From Trichoplax adhaerens (lineage: Eukaryota; Animalia; Placozoa), in the NCBI RefSeq assembly GCF_000150275.1, contig NW_002060958.1, positions 1,134,088-1,198,087 of the forward strand: DNA of 64,000 nucleotides, given 5' to 3'. This document shows positions 1 to 15,600 of the stretch, piece after piece (position 1 is the stretch's first letter; every line of letters begins with the position of its first letter). The notes under the pieces are model-generated. The model was not told where the DNA came from. It saw nothing but the letters and a program-made list of their open reading frames with translations, and ran no database searches. The position numbers were made by a program, and so were the translations under genes.

Positions 1-304
1 CCTTTTTCTGTTTGGCGATACTGTGTCCAGTCCTGGGTAGGTCTGTCTCGCCGTCAGTCTGTATAGAGCCAGCAGAGCGCTAGTCGAGGATTACTTGATT
101 TCATTCTTCAGAGTTTTCATACTAAAATCAGCCTATTTCGCCCTACAGTGAATCCGTTTGACCGTCAGGAATACCGTATATTAAATCAAGTCATTCCTGT
201 AGTATGAAAACGATAAAAAAAGACGTTGAGTAGTCCTTGCCAATACAATATCGCTATCAGCTGGATCAACTCTGTGGCCAACAGACGCCATGTCATTTCG
301 GCTC

Positions 305-420
305 TCTTTTACAGTATGCAGTACAGTGTACAGTGTATAGTGTACAGTACAACAAACGGACCATATACAGTACTGTACACTGTACAGCTACAGTGTACAG
401 TACACTAGTAGACAGTAGTA
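305..420. repeat. Low-complexity TACAG(T)/GTACAC-type simple repeat
   Basis: Repeated tacagt/gtacag/tacact words; these account for the two spurious ORFs at 226-437. Confidence 0.7.
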
Positions 421-622
421 CTCTATTTGAACCATGATATTGATACTTTGGTCTACTGTATGCAGTATCACTTTATTGGAGGTATTCACCTTGCAGTCAG
501 AATGGCGGACTAGCTTACGATTGCTTGACAACAAAGTTACTTGAAAGCTGAAATAGTTTTAATGCATCAGGAACAGCAGTTTCGGCTAAATGCACGAAGA
601 CAGGACTACTACATCACTAGTC

Positions 623-1220
623 GATGCTGGTTGATAACGTATCGATAGTCCATGTCACGAAGCATTTCCTTTCAAACACCGGTATAACCTTACTTATTTA
701 TACAGGCAGTTTTAGTTTATCATGAGGCCATCATTTTGATGTTGGTTGATAAAGTTTCGATAGTCCATGACACAAAGAATTTCCTTTCAAACACCGGTAT
801 AACCTTACTTATACAGGCATTTATCAGGCAGTTTTACTTCATCATGAGGTCATTATTTTGATGCTGGTCCATAAAGTATCGATAGTCCATGACACGAAGA
901 ATTTCCTTTCAAACACCGGTATAACCTTACTTATTTATACAGGCAGTTTTAGTTTATCATGAGGCCATCATTTTGATGCTGATTGATAAAGTTTCGATAG
1001 TCCATGACACAAAGAATTTCCTTTCAAACACCGGTATAACCTTACTTATGCAGGCATTTATCAGGCAGTTTTACTTCATCATGAGGTCATTATTTTGATG
1101 CTGGTCCATAAAGTATCGATAGTCCATGACACGAAGAATTTCCTTTCAAATACCGGTATAACCTTACTTATACAGGCATTTATCAGACAGTTTTACTTCA
1201 TCATGAGGTCATCATTTTGA
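623..1220. repeat. Minisatellite of five ~115/122-bp units arranged A-B-A-B-B
   Basis: The word GATAGTCCATG recurs at 644, 759, 881, 996 and 1118 (spacings 115, 122, 115, 122). Units are highly similar. An 8-bp-stem hairpin ATAGGGAC-aacgc-GTCCCTAT follows at 1220-1240. Confidence 0.95.
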
Positions 1221-4200
1221 TAGGGACAACGCGTCCCTATCTTTGGCCATCATTCAGGCTAAAGAGGATATTCAAGAACAGAGCGTTTAATGGCAAGCAT
1301 GAGCTAACAAAATGGTATTGCAGTAGGTGTACTCATAGAAATAGAAATAAGCGGTCATAGTACTGTGTGAGCAGACAAGCTTTTTTACCGTGCATGCTTG
1401 CAATGCCCAACGGCTATTCGATAAACCCATTAAAAGCGTAACATATCACTAGAACGAAACAGACTTTGAATGAGGTAAAAGTGATATCATTCTCATGGCG
1501 TCTCCCTTCACCATAGCTTCATAGCGCATGATTATTTTATTATTAATAAACGTTAAAATCCTTGTGCAATGTAGCATATTTTTAGCTGCAAATACCGCTA
1601 TGCCTACAGTCAGCGATTAAGGTATGAAGTTATCACAGTTGCATTTCCTACCATTCATTTGCGGCCAATTATATCATAACTATTCAAGGACATAGTAATA
1701 TCGTCATGGTGCTTCGAATAACTTGTTCCAATTTTCCAATGATAAAATATGCCAGTGCTATCAGATGTTCTACCTGCCATCCTTGTCAAACGGGCAGCAA
1801 TCTCGATCTGGATGTCATATCTGAAATTACAGTAGCCATACTATGATGATTGATTGAATCAATCGAGGTACTATACTCATTTCAAAATGAACACCTACAA
1901 TGTGATCATCCAATGAATCCATACTATTATTAATCATAGGCTTATCGTAGATTCTGTCATTGGTGAAGGTTTACTGGAACCGTGAATTGTTATCGATATA
2001 GTGTACTGTAGTGGATTATACGCATTTTCTTCATCTCCCTGAATACAGAACAGTGATCCTTAATCTTATGAGCCAAATGGTCCCAGTTAAATTTTAAACT
2101 ATCCCTTGAAATACTGTAGACCATAACCAAATTGTTCACTTGATCCATTTCTACGGATACCAGCCATCACATTGCGATAATTGACTTCACCAATTCTTGT
2201 ACGTTGACGGTCAACAAAAATATGATTCGTTATTTATCCCTATATAAGGTAAATTGCACCGTTAGGAAAGGATAATCTGGTATATTGTCCATTTCATAGT
2301 ACTGGATTGTCATTACTAATAAATGCCTAATTTGTAAGTTTGGATAATTAATTTATAGACCCTATTCTACAAGACGCGTATGCACGTATATAAGGAATAA
2401 AATTGAAGGAAACGTATCAATGTTCGTTTTCCTTGAATACTTTAATCAAAATCTCAATTCTGGTCATCATTTTAGTTGCATCTAGTTGTGTTGACTGATT
2501 GCATTGGTCGATCACAACTGCTTCTATAAATACTACAATGGCTGACTACAATCTTAATGTCCCTTACACTTTACAGGTATTATTTTCTCTGTATTAGTAA
2601 GCAAATGAACAGGAAAGAGAGAATGAAATAGTTTGAGTGTTCATAATTGCATTTATTGATCAAATATACAGAGGATGGGTCCAGTAAATTCAATTTCTAC
2701 TGTAAGCGAATACTGTACTCGTCTTGTCTACCAACGATTGCATTGGGTGTTAATTCTTACACGTTTTATTGGACGGTATTTCATGATGTTATTGGCAGCA
2801 AACAACACTATCGAGAGAGCAAATAATCATGAGTTAAGCTAAACTGCGTAAGGTCCATCCATTTTCAGCAGAACGAAATCATTCCATCGACATCGCGTGT
2901 ACGATAGGAGATAGTGCCACAATGCACGATAGAGTGGTGTCTTGTGTGGCATTAAGAATAATTTTGACCAGTACACTTTAAAATTAACCACCAACATAAC
3001 CTGTTAAATGAATTATTACCAATACACAGGTTGTAGTGTGGATCATAGTCTGCTTTATTGGTAGCGAACGAGAGCTCTCCTCTTCTAAGTACTATAACAT
3101 CGTAATATATAACAAGTAATCCAAATTAGCTACAAAATATTGTGGCATGATACTGTTTCATCGAGCTATCTTCACGATACACAAAGTCATTGCCCTTAGA
3201 AAACTAAAATCAATGTGATTAAGATTGATGCTTATTTTCAGCTTTTCTCTAATCGTTACAAAAGGTAGGCACGATCACGGTTGTATGTGAAGAGCTTGTC
3301 ACTTTGATTTATTTTATTAACTAAACGATAACACCTATTAGGCAGTTATTGACTATGAACGAAACGGAGCGGCAATTAAATTGATCATCCAACCTATTTC
3401 TGTCTTTCGATTTTCCATGATTAGTTACATTTTGACACGATACCATATACCTAAGGAGACCTACTGTGTACTTGATCATTAAATTATCGCCAATTCTTTT
3501 TATTTAGTAGTATTCGTATTATGCATAGCATATCGATTTTATCTTAATATCCATTATAATCGAACGTTGGGCGCATAGAAGAAATTCTTTAGACATGTAG
3601 AATTGCAAATTAAGCAGACTTTTAAATCATATCCTATTTTTCTTTGTGATTCGATACCGCTTGATTTGTATATTTCAGTGTGGTATATTGTATGATCTTG
3701 AGTACTAATTGTAAAAGTGATGAACTGGGTGGGGTAATATCTTAATAGCTTGCCGATTGATTTTAGTCGGTAGCGTTAGCTAAGACTATTTCTTAATGCA
3801 AGTATTTGTCAAATAGAAACATTGACCTGCTTTCGTTAACAGCTTACCTTAATACAGAACCGCTACTTTTTCAATTTTAAAGATAGTTATGTAGATTGAA
3901 CGGCCAAAGATGATATTTCAAGCCTTACAGTGTTAAATTCTACAATAGTATGTGTATTTTCAAGATTTAGCCTTGAATGGTTGATGATAATAAATTAATA
4001 GTTAGCGGTAGCGATCACAACAGTCTTGTCAAGATACAGCTTAATAATGTTACAGCACTTCATTAAGCGAGAATTGAGCAAATTATGCATGCATAAAGAA
4101 ATAGCTTAATAATAAAATAGAGATGCTATATATTATAATCAATCTTATAGTAGATGGTCTTTCACGATTTATATTGAACTCTAGCAATAGTATAATGGTT

Positions 4201-5278
4201 AAAGCAATTACATCTATTGAAATTGAATATCGTGAAGAATGCTTCAAGATCTAGTTGGCGTTTGTTGGTTTTAGAAACATGGCTATGATAGTTATAGGAG
4301 CACAATTATCAAAATCAGCCTTAAGTTTGTTGTAACGAGTTCGTTTCGATGTTTAGGCATTGAAATGAATAGACTAATACTATTGCGCTATCTATGATGT
4401 TGCACATCCACGTTCAACATTGATATCAAGCTGTTCTAATCTTATTATACTGTAGCTCAATAGTTGATTTAGACCATAGAGGTAAGAGAGAAAGAGGCTT
4501 TTTTCTTACCTATGGCTTAGTCATTGAAACAAGCAGACTTATAATATTCCACTATCTACAATACGGCATGGGCGCATTCAGCATTTATATCAAGCTTTAG
4601 TAATTCATCTTGAATGTTACTGCACTGCAGCCACATTGTACTTTATACTCTTTCAAATTGAAATTATGTCTTTGACTATAAACCATTTGCCTCATAGCAT
4701 TTTTGTCCGTTCAATGCTATACTATTTTGTGACGTGCTCAACTTTAGGGAATTCTAATAACCTCAATATTCAAAGTGACTAAGTCAATAAACTATGCGGC
4801 AAGTAGTCCTACTGAGCTGATCTACTTACTATATTCATGGGATTTAATAAATAGCTATTCAACTCTGTTAGTCAAAGACAAAAAACTATTATGAACTTTG
4901 TTAATTTTATTCAGTTTTTGTTTTATAATTATAGACTATTGTCCAACATATTGATAGCATATTTAGAGAGATAGGACTGGGTTGTACCGGTGGGATAGTG
5001 CATCTACCTAATTAATAATGTAGTTATTCGACTAGTAAACACCATTCATCAACGTACAGTTCCAGGCTGTACAGCTAGATTGATCAGCAAGAGCATCTGC
5101 ACGAGAAATACTTTAGTGTTCAACTACCTATAGAGAAATTAATCGGACTGAAATTCTTTTTACGAGAGAAAAATTGGCTTTAGTAGAAACTCTTCCCTTT
5201 AATTTCTATCGCTAATTACTTTATTTGTAAAATAAGCTTGTTGACGTCAAAAACTCTCTTCATCGTACGAACTTGGAA

Positions 5279-8200
5279 ATGGATATGTCATTGGATGGAC
5301 TTAGTGATCCTCAATTTCAGCAGATGTACGATGATGGTAAGACTATTTTCCCATATTCTTTCCCATTTCCATTCATTTTCTGATCCAATAAAAACTAAAA
5401 GTGAATGCTGTACTACACGTCTTTATGCTGGATAAAACCGTTCATGATATTAATTTGGAGTGAAATTGGATTGTAAGTTGATAGGAAGTTAGTTGAAGGA
5501 ATCTTCAGAATTCCGGTGCCATGTTGAAAATAAAATTGAGTTGCTATCCTAACGTCGGCTACCCTTGTTCGATTGCTAGTAGAGCAAACAAAAATTCATA
5601 TCTTGGGAATAGTAAAAGTGAATTCTAGATTGAAGTTTTTTAATTGATTGACTACAATTCAATTATTTTAATGAAATCCCAAAACGCTAGGATCAGTAGG
5701 TAGTCCCATAATACATGTCAATAGAATCTTTGAATGGCAGCTAGCTCTTGTCACGATGGTAGGCCTATCCTTTTGTTGTAATTCGTTGAATTTTACAATC
5801 AATGAACGATCCAGCATGTACTTTGAAATAGCATTTTATAAAGAACTAGTAGAAAGCCCTGCTTGTTTTTACTTTGCATACTTGTTCACTGATTAGAATA
5901 TTTCAGTGTAGTTACTAATCAATATTTAAAGATACTCTTCGATTACAGGCTAGCAAATTTGTTGTCATGATGCTATTCGACTGCAGACTAGCAAGTTCAA
6001 CTAAATTTCTTAGCTAGTCGGCTTTGATCAACCAATCAATATGCTTAAGATGAGTTTGCTTTTTGTAATTTATCCTCTGTCTGATTAGCAGTAATAAATG
6101 CATTACCATAGTTCATCTTTGAACCTTCTGTAGAAAGACTGCATCGGTATAGTAAGATTTAATCAAACGACAGTGACTTTAATGCATCGTTAAGAGTATT
6201 TCATTTATGTTGATTTTGGCATCTTAATATCTACTATGCATGAATAATTTGATTTAAGTTGGTATTTTAACAAAAATAATGGCTAAAACAAAGTCACAAG
6301 GCTACGTTTTACTGTAGATGATAGCATCTAAATCAAGTGGCAATAGGATCTGTAAGACAAGATGATTTAAAGTTTGCAATAAAATACAAAATATAATTAT
6401 GAATGATGCAGTCTAATTATGTATATGACCCCAATTCTTACTACTCTTGCAAATCATGATTGATTGGCACCTTTTATTTCACCATTGAGTTTGCAATGAT
6501 CGATATAAGGGGACATTTCATGGTTTAATTACAGTCAAAGGCCATCTTTTCCCATTACATAAGGATTGGATTGATTACTTTTAACAATAGAATTAAATTA
6601 AAATTTTACTTTACCGGCGGAATTAAGTTTTCTATAGTTATTTAATAACATATAGTTTATAAAGATGAATGAAAGAAACGCAGTGAAGGAACTGTATGTA
6701 TGATTTGTTAAGATTGTATAATGAATTCTTCAGCAGTTCGTTATTGGTCTATCCCGAATAGTACTGTATTTGGATAGTCATTCAATTGAGCAGTTATTCA
6801 GTTTAGACGAAAGTACAAAGTTTTTCGTACCAGAATGAACAACTAATGTATTTCGTACGCCAGTCTTACATAGTTGGGGTAAGAAATTGCTAACACTAAT
6901 GGATACATTCGTTTTACGGTATTAGTAGTTTAGCTGTGCTGCCTGATCAATGATACTGTATAATCCAGAAATCGATACACATATAAAGTACAATTACTGC
7001 ATCCGATTTTAAATAGTTTAATTTCATTGATATTATACGTTTGTATTACTATACCTTCATACATAAACAATTCTATTTCTGTATTAGAATTTCAAAGCAG
7101 TCTTAACAAGAATGCACACATCGATGACTTCATTCATGCTATGGTCCAAATTATGGTTAAATATATGAAGAGATGTCATGATCGGCATGAAAAAGTCGTT
7201 GAATTCAGACAACCTGAAGAACTAAACAAGTTGATCAACTTTGAATTAAAGGATACACCTGAAGATTTGGCAACCGTTATAGATTATTGTCGAGAAACAT
7301 TAAATTATTGCGTAAAAACTGGTAATAATCGAATAGGCAATATCGTTCAATCTGGAGTATACTTTTGATTATAAAAGTGATGATAGAAATACGGTACGAA
7401 ATTTGAAATTGTTTTATTCTTTCCTCTATTTAAAAATCTCATAATGGATAGGTCATCCTCGATTTTTTAATCAACTCTACGGTGGCATGGACATTGTTGG
7501 TCTTTGTGGACAGTGGCTATCAGCAACAGCTAATACAAGCATGTAAGGCGTAAATGTACAAGCTTGTCTTGATTAGGAATAAATACCAACTTTTATTTAT
7601 TAGATAGTAAGCGTCAGACTATATATCATAATATTATGCAGGTATACATATGAAGTTGCTCCAATTTTTGTGTTAATGGAAAGAGCTGTTCTAAGACATA
7701 TGGGACAATTAGTTGGCTTTTCTGATGGTGATGGTATATTTGCACCAGGTAAAATTAAATTGGATTACATAGACGACTTATACAACAACACCTAATGCGA
7801 TACAGCTTAGCTATCATATACTGTAGAGTACATGTAATGAAAAAAATTGTCTTTCAATAGACGCATAACAATATATTTAAAAAAAAATATCGATTTACTA
7901 GATCATAAGCTACTTTTGATAATTTTAAGGTGGATCGTTATCAAATATGTATGCCATAAGTTTAGCAAGGCACAAGTAAGTATCCAATAGATTTAATCGT
8001 AACGTAGGAAATACGCGTAGAAATAATCTTCCTTCGGTTCTGTATCAATTTAAACTGAATGTCGAATAATTTGGATTAATTCGTCATCGGCAATATTTCA
8101 TCGATTTTTATGAAGGAAATTTCCAACTAGTAAAATGGAAGGATTGTTTTCTTTACCTCGTATGGCAATATTAACTTCGAAACACGTAAGATCAAAAGCT

Positions 8201-10561
8201 AACCAAAAGAAATTTTTAAAACCGTTATCAAGTGATGGTAATTTACGTAAGAGCTACCTTTGCTTTTATTCCGACCATGATACAATCTAGAGCCACTATT
8301 CCTTTAAAAAAGGAGCATATTTTATGGGTTTTGGTCTAAATAATGTAGTTATGATCAATTGTGATGCAAAGTAAGTTAGATCAATTTTGCAAAGATCTAC
8401 ATTTTATGCCTGGATTATTTATGAATGTTGCTTTTTATTACCTTCGCATATTTATAATACTTTGATAATTATTTGCATTTTTTTCAGAGGCCGCATGTTG
8501 GCTTCTGATTTAGAAAACCAAATAATCCACCTTCAATCTCAGGTAATTTGGTAAAAAGTAGAGGGCTTATAAGGCAGTAACTTCTTCTCTTTGGATTCTA
8601 TCTTGGTAAGAGCAGGATGTATGGCATTTACCATTTATCATTTTTTATAGGGTATTGCACCCATATTGGTCAATGCTACGTCTGGTACAACAGTCTTTGG
8701 TGCTTTTGATCCATTAGACGAAATTGCTGATATATGCCAGAAGTATGATTTATGGTTACATGTCGATGCTGCTTGGGGTGGTGCAATTATTCTATCAGCA
8801 GAAAAACGTCACTTGATGAAGGGGATGCATCGAATTGACTCTATTTCTTGGAATCCGCATAAGTTTATGGGTTGTCCTTTTCAATGTTCCGCTTTCTTGA
8901 CAAAAAAAAAGGTATTGCTGAAACTATTAGGTAAAATTTGTATTTTTAATTTACCTAAATTCGAGAAAAATTTGATTCCATGGATAAATCTATGCTGATA
9001 GAAGCTAAAGCTCTTGAGTAAACTGCGTGTTAGACTAATTTTAGGGAAAAATTGGCGCTATATTTAATATCATAGATCTATTTATAATATTGCGTCTTGT
9101 AGATACATTAGCTGTAGACACTGTCTATTAAGTGATGGATATAATATTGCTTTTAATGGCAAATGTCTAGTAATATATGAAACATTAATATAGACTTATG
9201 GTTATTTAGTTACCATAGACGGTAACATATCAGATATTATCTCATATAAAATAAGAACTAATACATTTTGCTAGAAATAATTAACTCAGAAATTGATAGC
9301 AAACAGTATTAAAAGTTTTCTGGCCTGATTTTTCGGTATCATGGTCTATTATAATTATGTGATGTAGGGACTCTTAGAAGAATGTCATGGAATACCGGCG
9401 TCATATTTATTTCAAAAAGATAAAATGACATACGATATATCATATGATACCGGAAATAAATCTATTCAATGTGGTCGTCATGTTGATATCATGAAATTGT
9501 GGCTGATGTGGAAAGCTAAGGTAAGCAGATTGATATGATATGATGTTTGGCTAGATTTATTTATTAATGTGGATTTTTACATGCTGTAACTGTAATTTGT
9601 CACGCATCAGATTAAGAAATACATGACGACATTACTTTATATGTCATTTTTATATCAGGGGGACCAGGGATTTACCAAAAAGCTGCATCATGCTTACGAA
9701 ATTTCTAAGTAAGTAAATTATATTTCAACTATAAAATTTTAAGTAGATAAATATCAATACAAGAAATTGTCTAGTCATAATCACTGATTACCAATAATTG
9801 CCTATGTGTAAATCTCTCAAGCTGTTTCTGATGATTCTAATATTATCAATGTGCATTACTATCTTATGGTAGTTATCTAACTGAGAAAATTCGGAACCGC
9901 GACGGCTTCGAATTGGTTGTTGAGGTAATAATCAAATTTCTGATTAAATAAACAAAAGGTTATTAGTTAAAAATATTCATATATCCTTATATATTTTTAT
10001 ACACGAATAAAGCCCGTTTATGTAAGTATTTGCTTCTGGTATATACCTACGGCTATCAGAAACTTATCTGACGGTGACGTTAAACGGAGAAAACTAAGTC
10101 AGGTGAGATGACAAAATAGTAATAAAATTCTTAGACCGAATATAAGTAAACCCTTAAAGTATTATTATACCTTCTGAGAGATTATCCTACATTTAAGGTA
10201 AAATGAATTATTTATATCTCTACTCACACTTGTACTCATTGGTTTCTATCAAATAGTTTAAAATTCAATTTTGCTATGAGGTGAATTTTAATATGGAATG
10301 CAGTTACAGCTGACTAATTCTTATTATCAAACTTTTAATTTTGAATTAATCTAATAGGTAGCACCTCAAATTAAAGCCGGAATGACCAAAAGAGGCTCAA
10401 TGCTCGTTGGCTATCAGCCTATGGATGATAAAGTTAATTTTTTCCGGATGATCATATTAAATAGTGCTACAACATTTGATGACATGGATTTTATTCTTGA
10501 TGAAATCGAATCACTTGGAGAAAGAATTGAATTTGTACAAAATGGTTTTCACAATCCGTAG
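5279..10561 (+). CDS. PLP-dependent acidic amino-acid decarboxylase, paralogue 1 (GADL1/CSAD/GAD family), 14 exons, ~516 aa
   Basis: GT-AG exons: 5279-5336, 7088-7321, 7452-7542, 7642-7748, 7930-7975, 8116-8185, 8291-8370, 8488-8542, 8651-8911, 9368-9520, 9659-9708, 9873-9924, 10013-10102, 10358-10561 (1551 nt, in frame). Motifs: [35 protein letters not shown] (PLP lysine), YLFQ, QCGR, NFFRM. Confidence 0.95.
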
Positions 10562-12668
10562 AAGAATGGCTTCAACTGATTATTTAACCTAGTCTATTTT
10601 TGAAAATCAAATTAGATACTACTGTATTACCTTTTATTGGCCTATAAATCATGTATTTTCTATGCTCTATTCCAACTTTTAATTGTAATTACTACATTTC
10701 TTTGGGCTAAAATAGCAATTATAATTATAGAGGTGGTTGGTATGTAGGTAATTATCTTATTCAATCAACCATTTCGCTTTCAACTAATATGAGCACTGAT
10801 AGTCATATTTAAATTCTAAATTCGCCTACTCTTCTATTCAACGTTATTATAATCGTTGTTTTCACGATCTATTGCACTGTACAAGACAGAATTTGTTTAG
10901 CAGAGCAATGGTACCAAGTTTGAATGATGGATAACTATATAATCACGATATATAAATTGCGATAGAAATGCAAGGCTAATAAATCTTATAATTACGACTA
11001 ATCGTAATAAAATAAAGCCTTGATGTAATTGCAATATTAAAGTTACTTAAAACCAAAATTTGGCTAAATCAAGCTGGGTCTAGACTGATTTTGCCAATAT
11101 TATATTTAATTTTCTTGAATTTGGGTGATTATTTCCTAAAACTATTAATAAGTGATTGTGATGAACTTTCTTTAATTATTTTATATTTGAAGTATTAGAA
11201 GTGTAATAGCATGCTATCTCTCCAATTTTAAGAATAAAATTTCGATATTTTCGTTTTAAAAACAAGTGAACGACTAGATTTATTAATGCCAATGTTAGGG
11301 GCTTTAGAGTACATGACAAATAGTAAAGTTAGATCGTGTCAAGTGCACAATGAAGATATATAACGTGAATCTATAGGTATATATACAACATACAGCATAC
11401 TGTAATCTAAGTAATTCATTCTATGCACATACAGTAGTTGAAAGAGTAGGATAAGCCATAATAAAGCGGTAAAATTACATTTAAGGTACTATTACTAAAG
11501 TTTCGTATTGTCACCCATTCTCGCTAATTAGAGATCTTATATGCTTTTGCCAATATATGCTGTCCAACATGTCACTTAGGAATATGAATATAGACGTTGA
11601 ACGAAGTAGCAAAGAGGTAATTATATTGTCATATGCTGTAGTGTATCTGTTTTTATGATCTATTTAAATCCCTTTAGAAAGGTTTAGCGCGAGTATTTTA
11701 CAAAATATTGGAATTTTGTTGAGATTCTGTATTTAATGTGATCAATGATATAAGGTTATTACTGGTATGTGTTTAATGTACGAGTAGGTGAGGACAGGAC
11801 CAGAGAACTGCTAGTTAATTAGTTTTACGATTGCATCGCCTCAAGGAAGGCATACTGTTCGATTTATCGTTAGAAAATCTAAACAGACAATAGAAAATAT
11901 TTACAATTTTAATTACAGTCGAGTGTCTCTATTAATGAACAAACAAAGAACCATAGCTGGAGTGCCTCAAGCTGAATAGCTTAGTAGCAAATCCGAGGAA
12001 GTTGCCACAAATATTTTACACACCATAAGTCTCCCGACAACCGCATCATAACATTCGTAGAACGGCAAAATTGAAGCCGCAAGATCAAAATAGATAGATA
12101 ACATAGTCATTATGTACAAATGGCATGCAAGTGTAGAACTGTTAAGCAATGATGGTATAATAAATCAGGTCTGTTTTTCCATATCAAAACAACATTCTAC
12201 TATTTGCTCATTTTGCTGTTTGAAAATGAATAAGGTTACTGCTTCTGTGCAGAAGCCTACGCAGGTGCAGTACTCTAACCTTGCATATTATTTTCTATTG
12301 GCTTGGGCAGTAGCAAGCCAGTATCAAAAATTAAATAATTAATTATTAATCTATTTAAAGTATTGCTAGCAGAAACTTGATGGTAATATACTCGTATGTA
12401 AACTTAGTATACTATACTGCCATGTGAAGCATTATTGATATTATAAAGTAATTAGCAGAAGTAGATTCAGACAAGCTAACTAGCTGTCTAACGTGCTTAT
12501 GCTGGAGCAGTGATCATTGCATACAACAGCGTTATACATTTTCTATACTTTTATTGTTTATTCTCGCTCTCTCACCCAGTTCTCTCTCGAATCAAACCCT
12601 TTTTTTCTGCATCTTTGGTTACTGTGATAGATCGACTTTATCGTCTAGTTAGTCAACAAGTTGGAGAT

Positions 12669-15600
12669 ATGGATAATTCCTTCCAAGAGTTAGTAGATCA
12701 AAAATTTCAACATCTTTACGATGACGGTTAGCCATAATTTAGCTTTAGTTTATGGAATTAGATGAACTGAATACTAAAGTTTTATCTATACATAGTATAC
12801 GAGTATACGAGTATGTTATGGTTATTGCCAAGATTTAAGAAAGATCTGATTCTTAAGATTGGTTTCTATGATTTCTAGAGCTGATTCTAGTAATGGTAAT
12901 AGCCGTAATATACTCGTATACTATAGATAAACAATGAATCAAATTAGTTATTGATACTGGAAAAATCGCTTATAGTATATACTGTACGTATGCATGTTAA
13001 GGCCATAAGCAATTATCGATATTATGACTGATAAAGATTTGAAAGCTTTAAAAATATCACTAAATAATAATCAAACTGATTGATCATACAGTTTAGAAAA
13101 TAATGGAGCAATTTTTTTATCTACTTGATTAATTTTGACATGACAATGAACAGTAGTAGCATCCTAAGGTTAAAGATACATGTAATGTAGCTATTATTGA
13201 AGATACCTATTTCTAATTACAATTCAAAGTTATGCTAGTTTTCAAGCATTCATGGCAGCTGTATCTTGGCATAATATCATACCAGTGATTGACTTTAACG
13301 TCGTAATAGAAAATGCGTACAAATAGCTTACAATAAGTTCCCAATTATAAAGCTACTAAAGTAAAGCTAGTGGGGAGCGCTGTCTTTAAATAGTAAAACT
13401 TTAATTCTATCGTTAAACTGAACTAAAATTTAATATTTCATATATATTGCATTTACTATATCAAGAGTCGGTAGGAACTGAGTCAAACTTGCTAAAGGAA
13501 GAAATTATTGTAAAATCATACATATCATCTACAGCATTGGTTAAACGAAGATAACAATATTTAAATTAAAGTATTTTCGAGTTCTCATCTTGCGTATTAG
13601 GCGAAGTTTGGATTGTTGACAAAGTAAATGGTTTTCATAAGCTGAGAGGCTTTCCTATCTACGTATAGTTTCAAAGTAAAATACTAGTATTGACTCGATT
13701 AATTTTACAAACGCTTAGTTTCGAATGATATACTGTATATCGCTAAACATAACTAATCAAAATAAGCGAAGAGACTTCTTGTGGGTTAGTAAAACTTCCT
13801 TATTTTGCAGTCCGTAGGTGAAAAATACTATTAAAGATTGACTTTATACAGCAAACTTCTCGAATAACCTAACTAGACTATAGCCTACGTGTATGTTTTT
13901 AAAACTCATATCTCCGTTTGAAAATATATTAATCGATATACTGTAGAATGATAGATAAGCTAATTGCACAGTATAATCATTAAGTGAATAGCTACAAATT
14001 ATTTTCTTATGTTGATGATATCGAATGCAGTAACTAATTTTACAAATAATCTCATTAACTTATATGAAATATCTTCCGAACTTGATTGCTAGCTATCAAA
14101 TGGAAAATTTATACAACTACATAAATCATGAATGAAGTAAATTGCACCCTATCAGCTTCCTACTATGATCGTGCTGACCTCATTTCTGATTAATTATTTG
14201 TTGACATGATCTTTTCTCTCTAATACAGAAATTCAGAAAAATTTTCATCAAAATCCTCATCTCGAGGACTTTGTACATGCTATGGTCAACATTTTAATCA
14301 AGCATATGAAAAATTGCCATGATCGTAGTCAGAAAGTCATTGAATTCAAGGAACCAGGTGAATTAAAGCAATTGATTAACTTTGAATTACGAGAAAAGCC
14401 AGAGAGTATGGCAGCTGTAATGGAATACTGTCGCCAGACATTGCATTATTGCACTAAATCTGGTAAGATATTTGATATTCAATCGTTTACTACCTAATTC
14501 TTACAAATGCTAATCTGAAATATAATATCGGATATTTCGCAAAGCTGCCAGTAGAAATTTTTTATATGAGCTTGAATTAGCATACTCGTAAATACAATTA
14601 ATTCTACTTTTAGGGCATCCACGATTTTATAATCAGCTCCACAGTGGTATAGACGTGGTTAGTGTCTGTGGTGAATGGCTAGCGGCTACAGTTAGCACTA
14701 ACATGTAAGATTTAGGCTCTACGATCCTAACCTAAAGATTCTTGGCCACTTGATTGATAATTATTAAAGTCAAAAATAAGCCAATTCTAGGAGGAAATAC
14801 TATATAACTTCAAATGGATTTACGGATTATATCTAATTTATTTTAAATTTTATATAGGGCAACTTATGAGATTGCTCCTACTTTTCTATTAATGGAAGAA
14901 GCTGTCCTGAGGCATATGACACAACTTATTGGTTTCCATGATGGAGATGGTATCTTTGCACCAGGTGGAGGTTTAACAAATATCATAGTTTAGATAGGTT
15001 GCATGGGACAAAAGATTTAGCGCTCCCGCATAAATTGCTATATAATCTCGGCAATATTGAATAAGCAATAGAGTAACATCTAGTAAATATTATTAAGAAT
15101 AACGATACTCTTTGAAAGGACTTCTTGAGAATTGTGAAAGGCTTCAATACGAAGATCATGTTTACTATTTTAGGTGGATCATTATCCAACATGATTGCCA
15201 TCAATCTGGCGAGATATCGGTATATAGGATGATTTAAAAGAATTTGATTGCGGATGAACATTGTTGATGCTTATTCGGTATGATCTACTATTGATATATT
15301 ACTTTAAATTAAAGAAAATTTCCAGCATCCAAGTTGAAAGGGCTTTTTTCATTGCCTAGGATGGCGGTCTTAACATCCAATCATGTATGTTGCAGTCTTT
15401 CAACCGTTAGCGGTACTAGTTAAATTGTTTATTATAGATTGAACTTTAAGCTGTTATGCCTAATATTTTATCCTATAGAGTCATTATTCGTTTCAAAAAG
15501 GATCTCATTTTATGGGTTTGGGGCAAGAAAATGCCGTTATAGTAAATTGCGATTCAGAGTAAGTTCTAACATCTTGCTTTAATCTGTTATCTCGTTTCTA

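Noticed and set aside
623-1220. CRISPR-like appearance of the regular repeats
   Set aside because: Whole units repeat with no unique spacers, and the context is eukaryotic.
1650-2980. Short coding-looking stretches and exon-like fragments on both strands
   Set aside because: No recognisable homology and no consistent spliced model could be built by eye.
14965-14995. Start of intron 4 in paralogue 2 reads GGGLTNIIV*, mimicking the next exon (GGSLSNMIA)
   Set aside because: It aligns with the ordinary intron start of paralogue 3 (gtagcgatctaaataaatattata) and hits a stop at once; probably coincidence.
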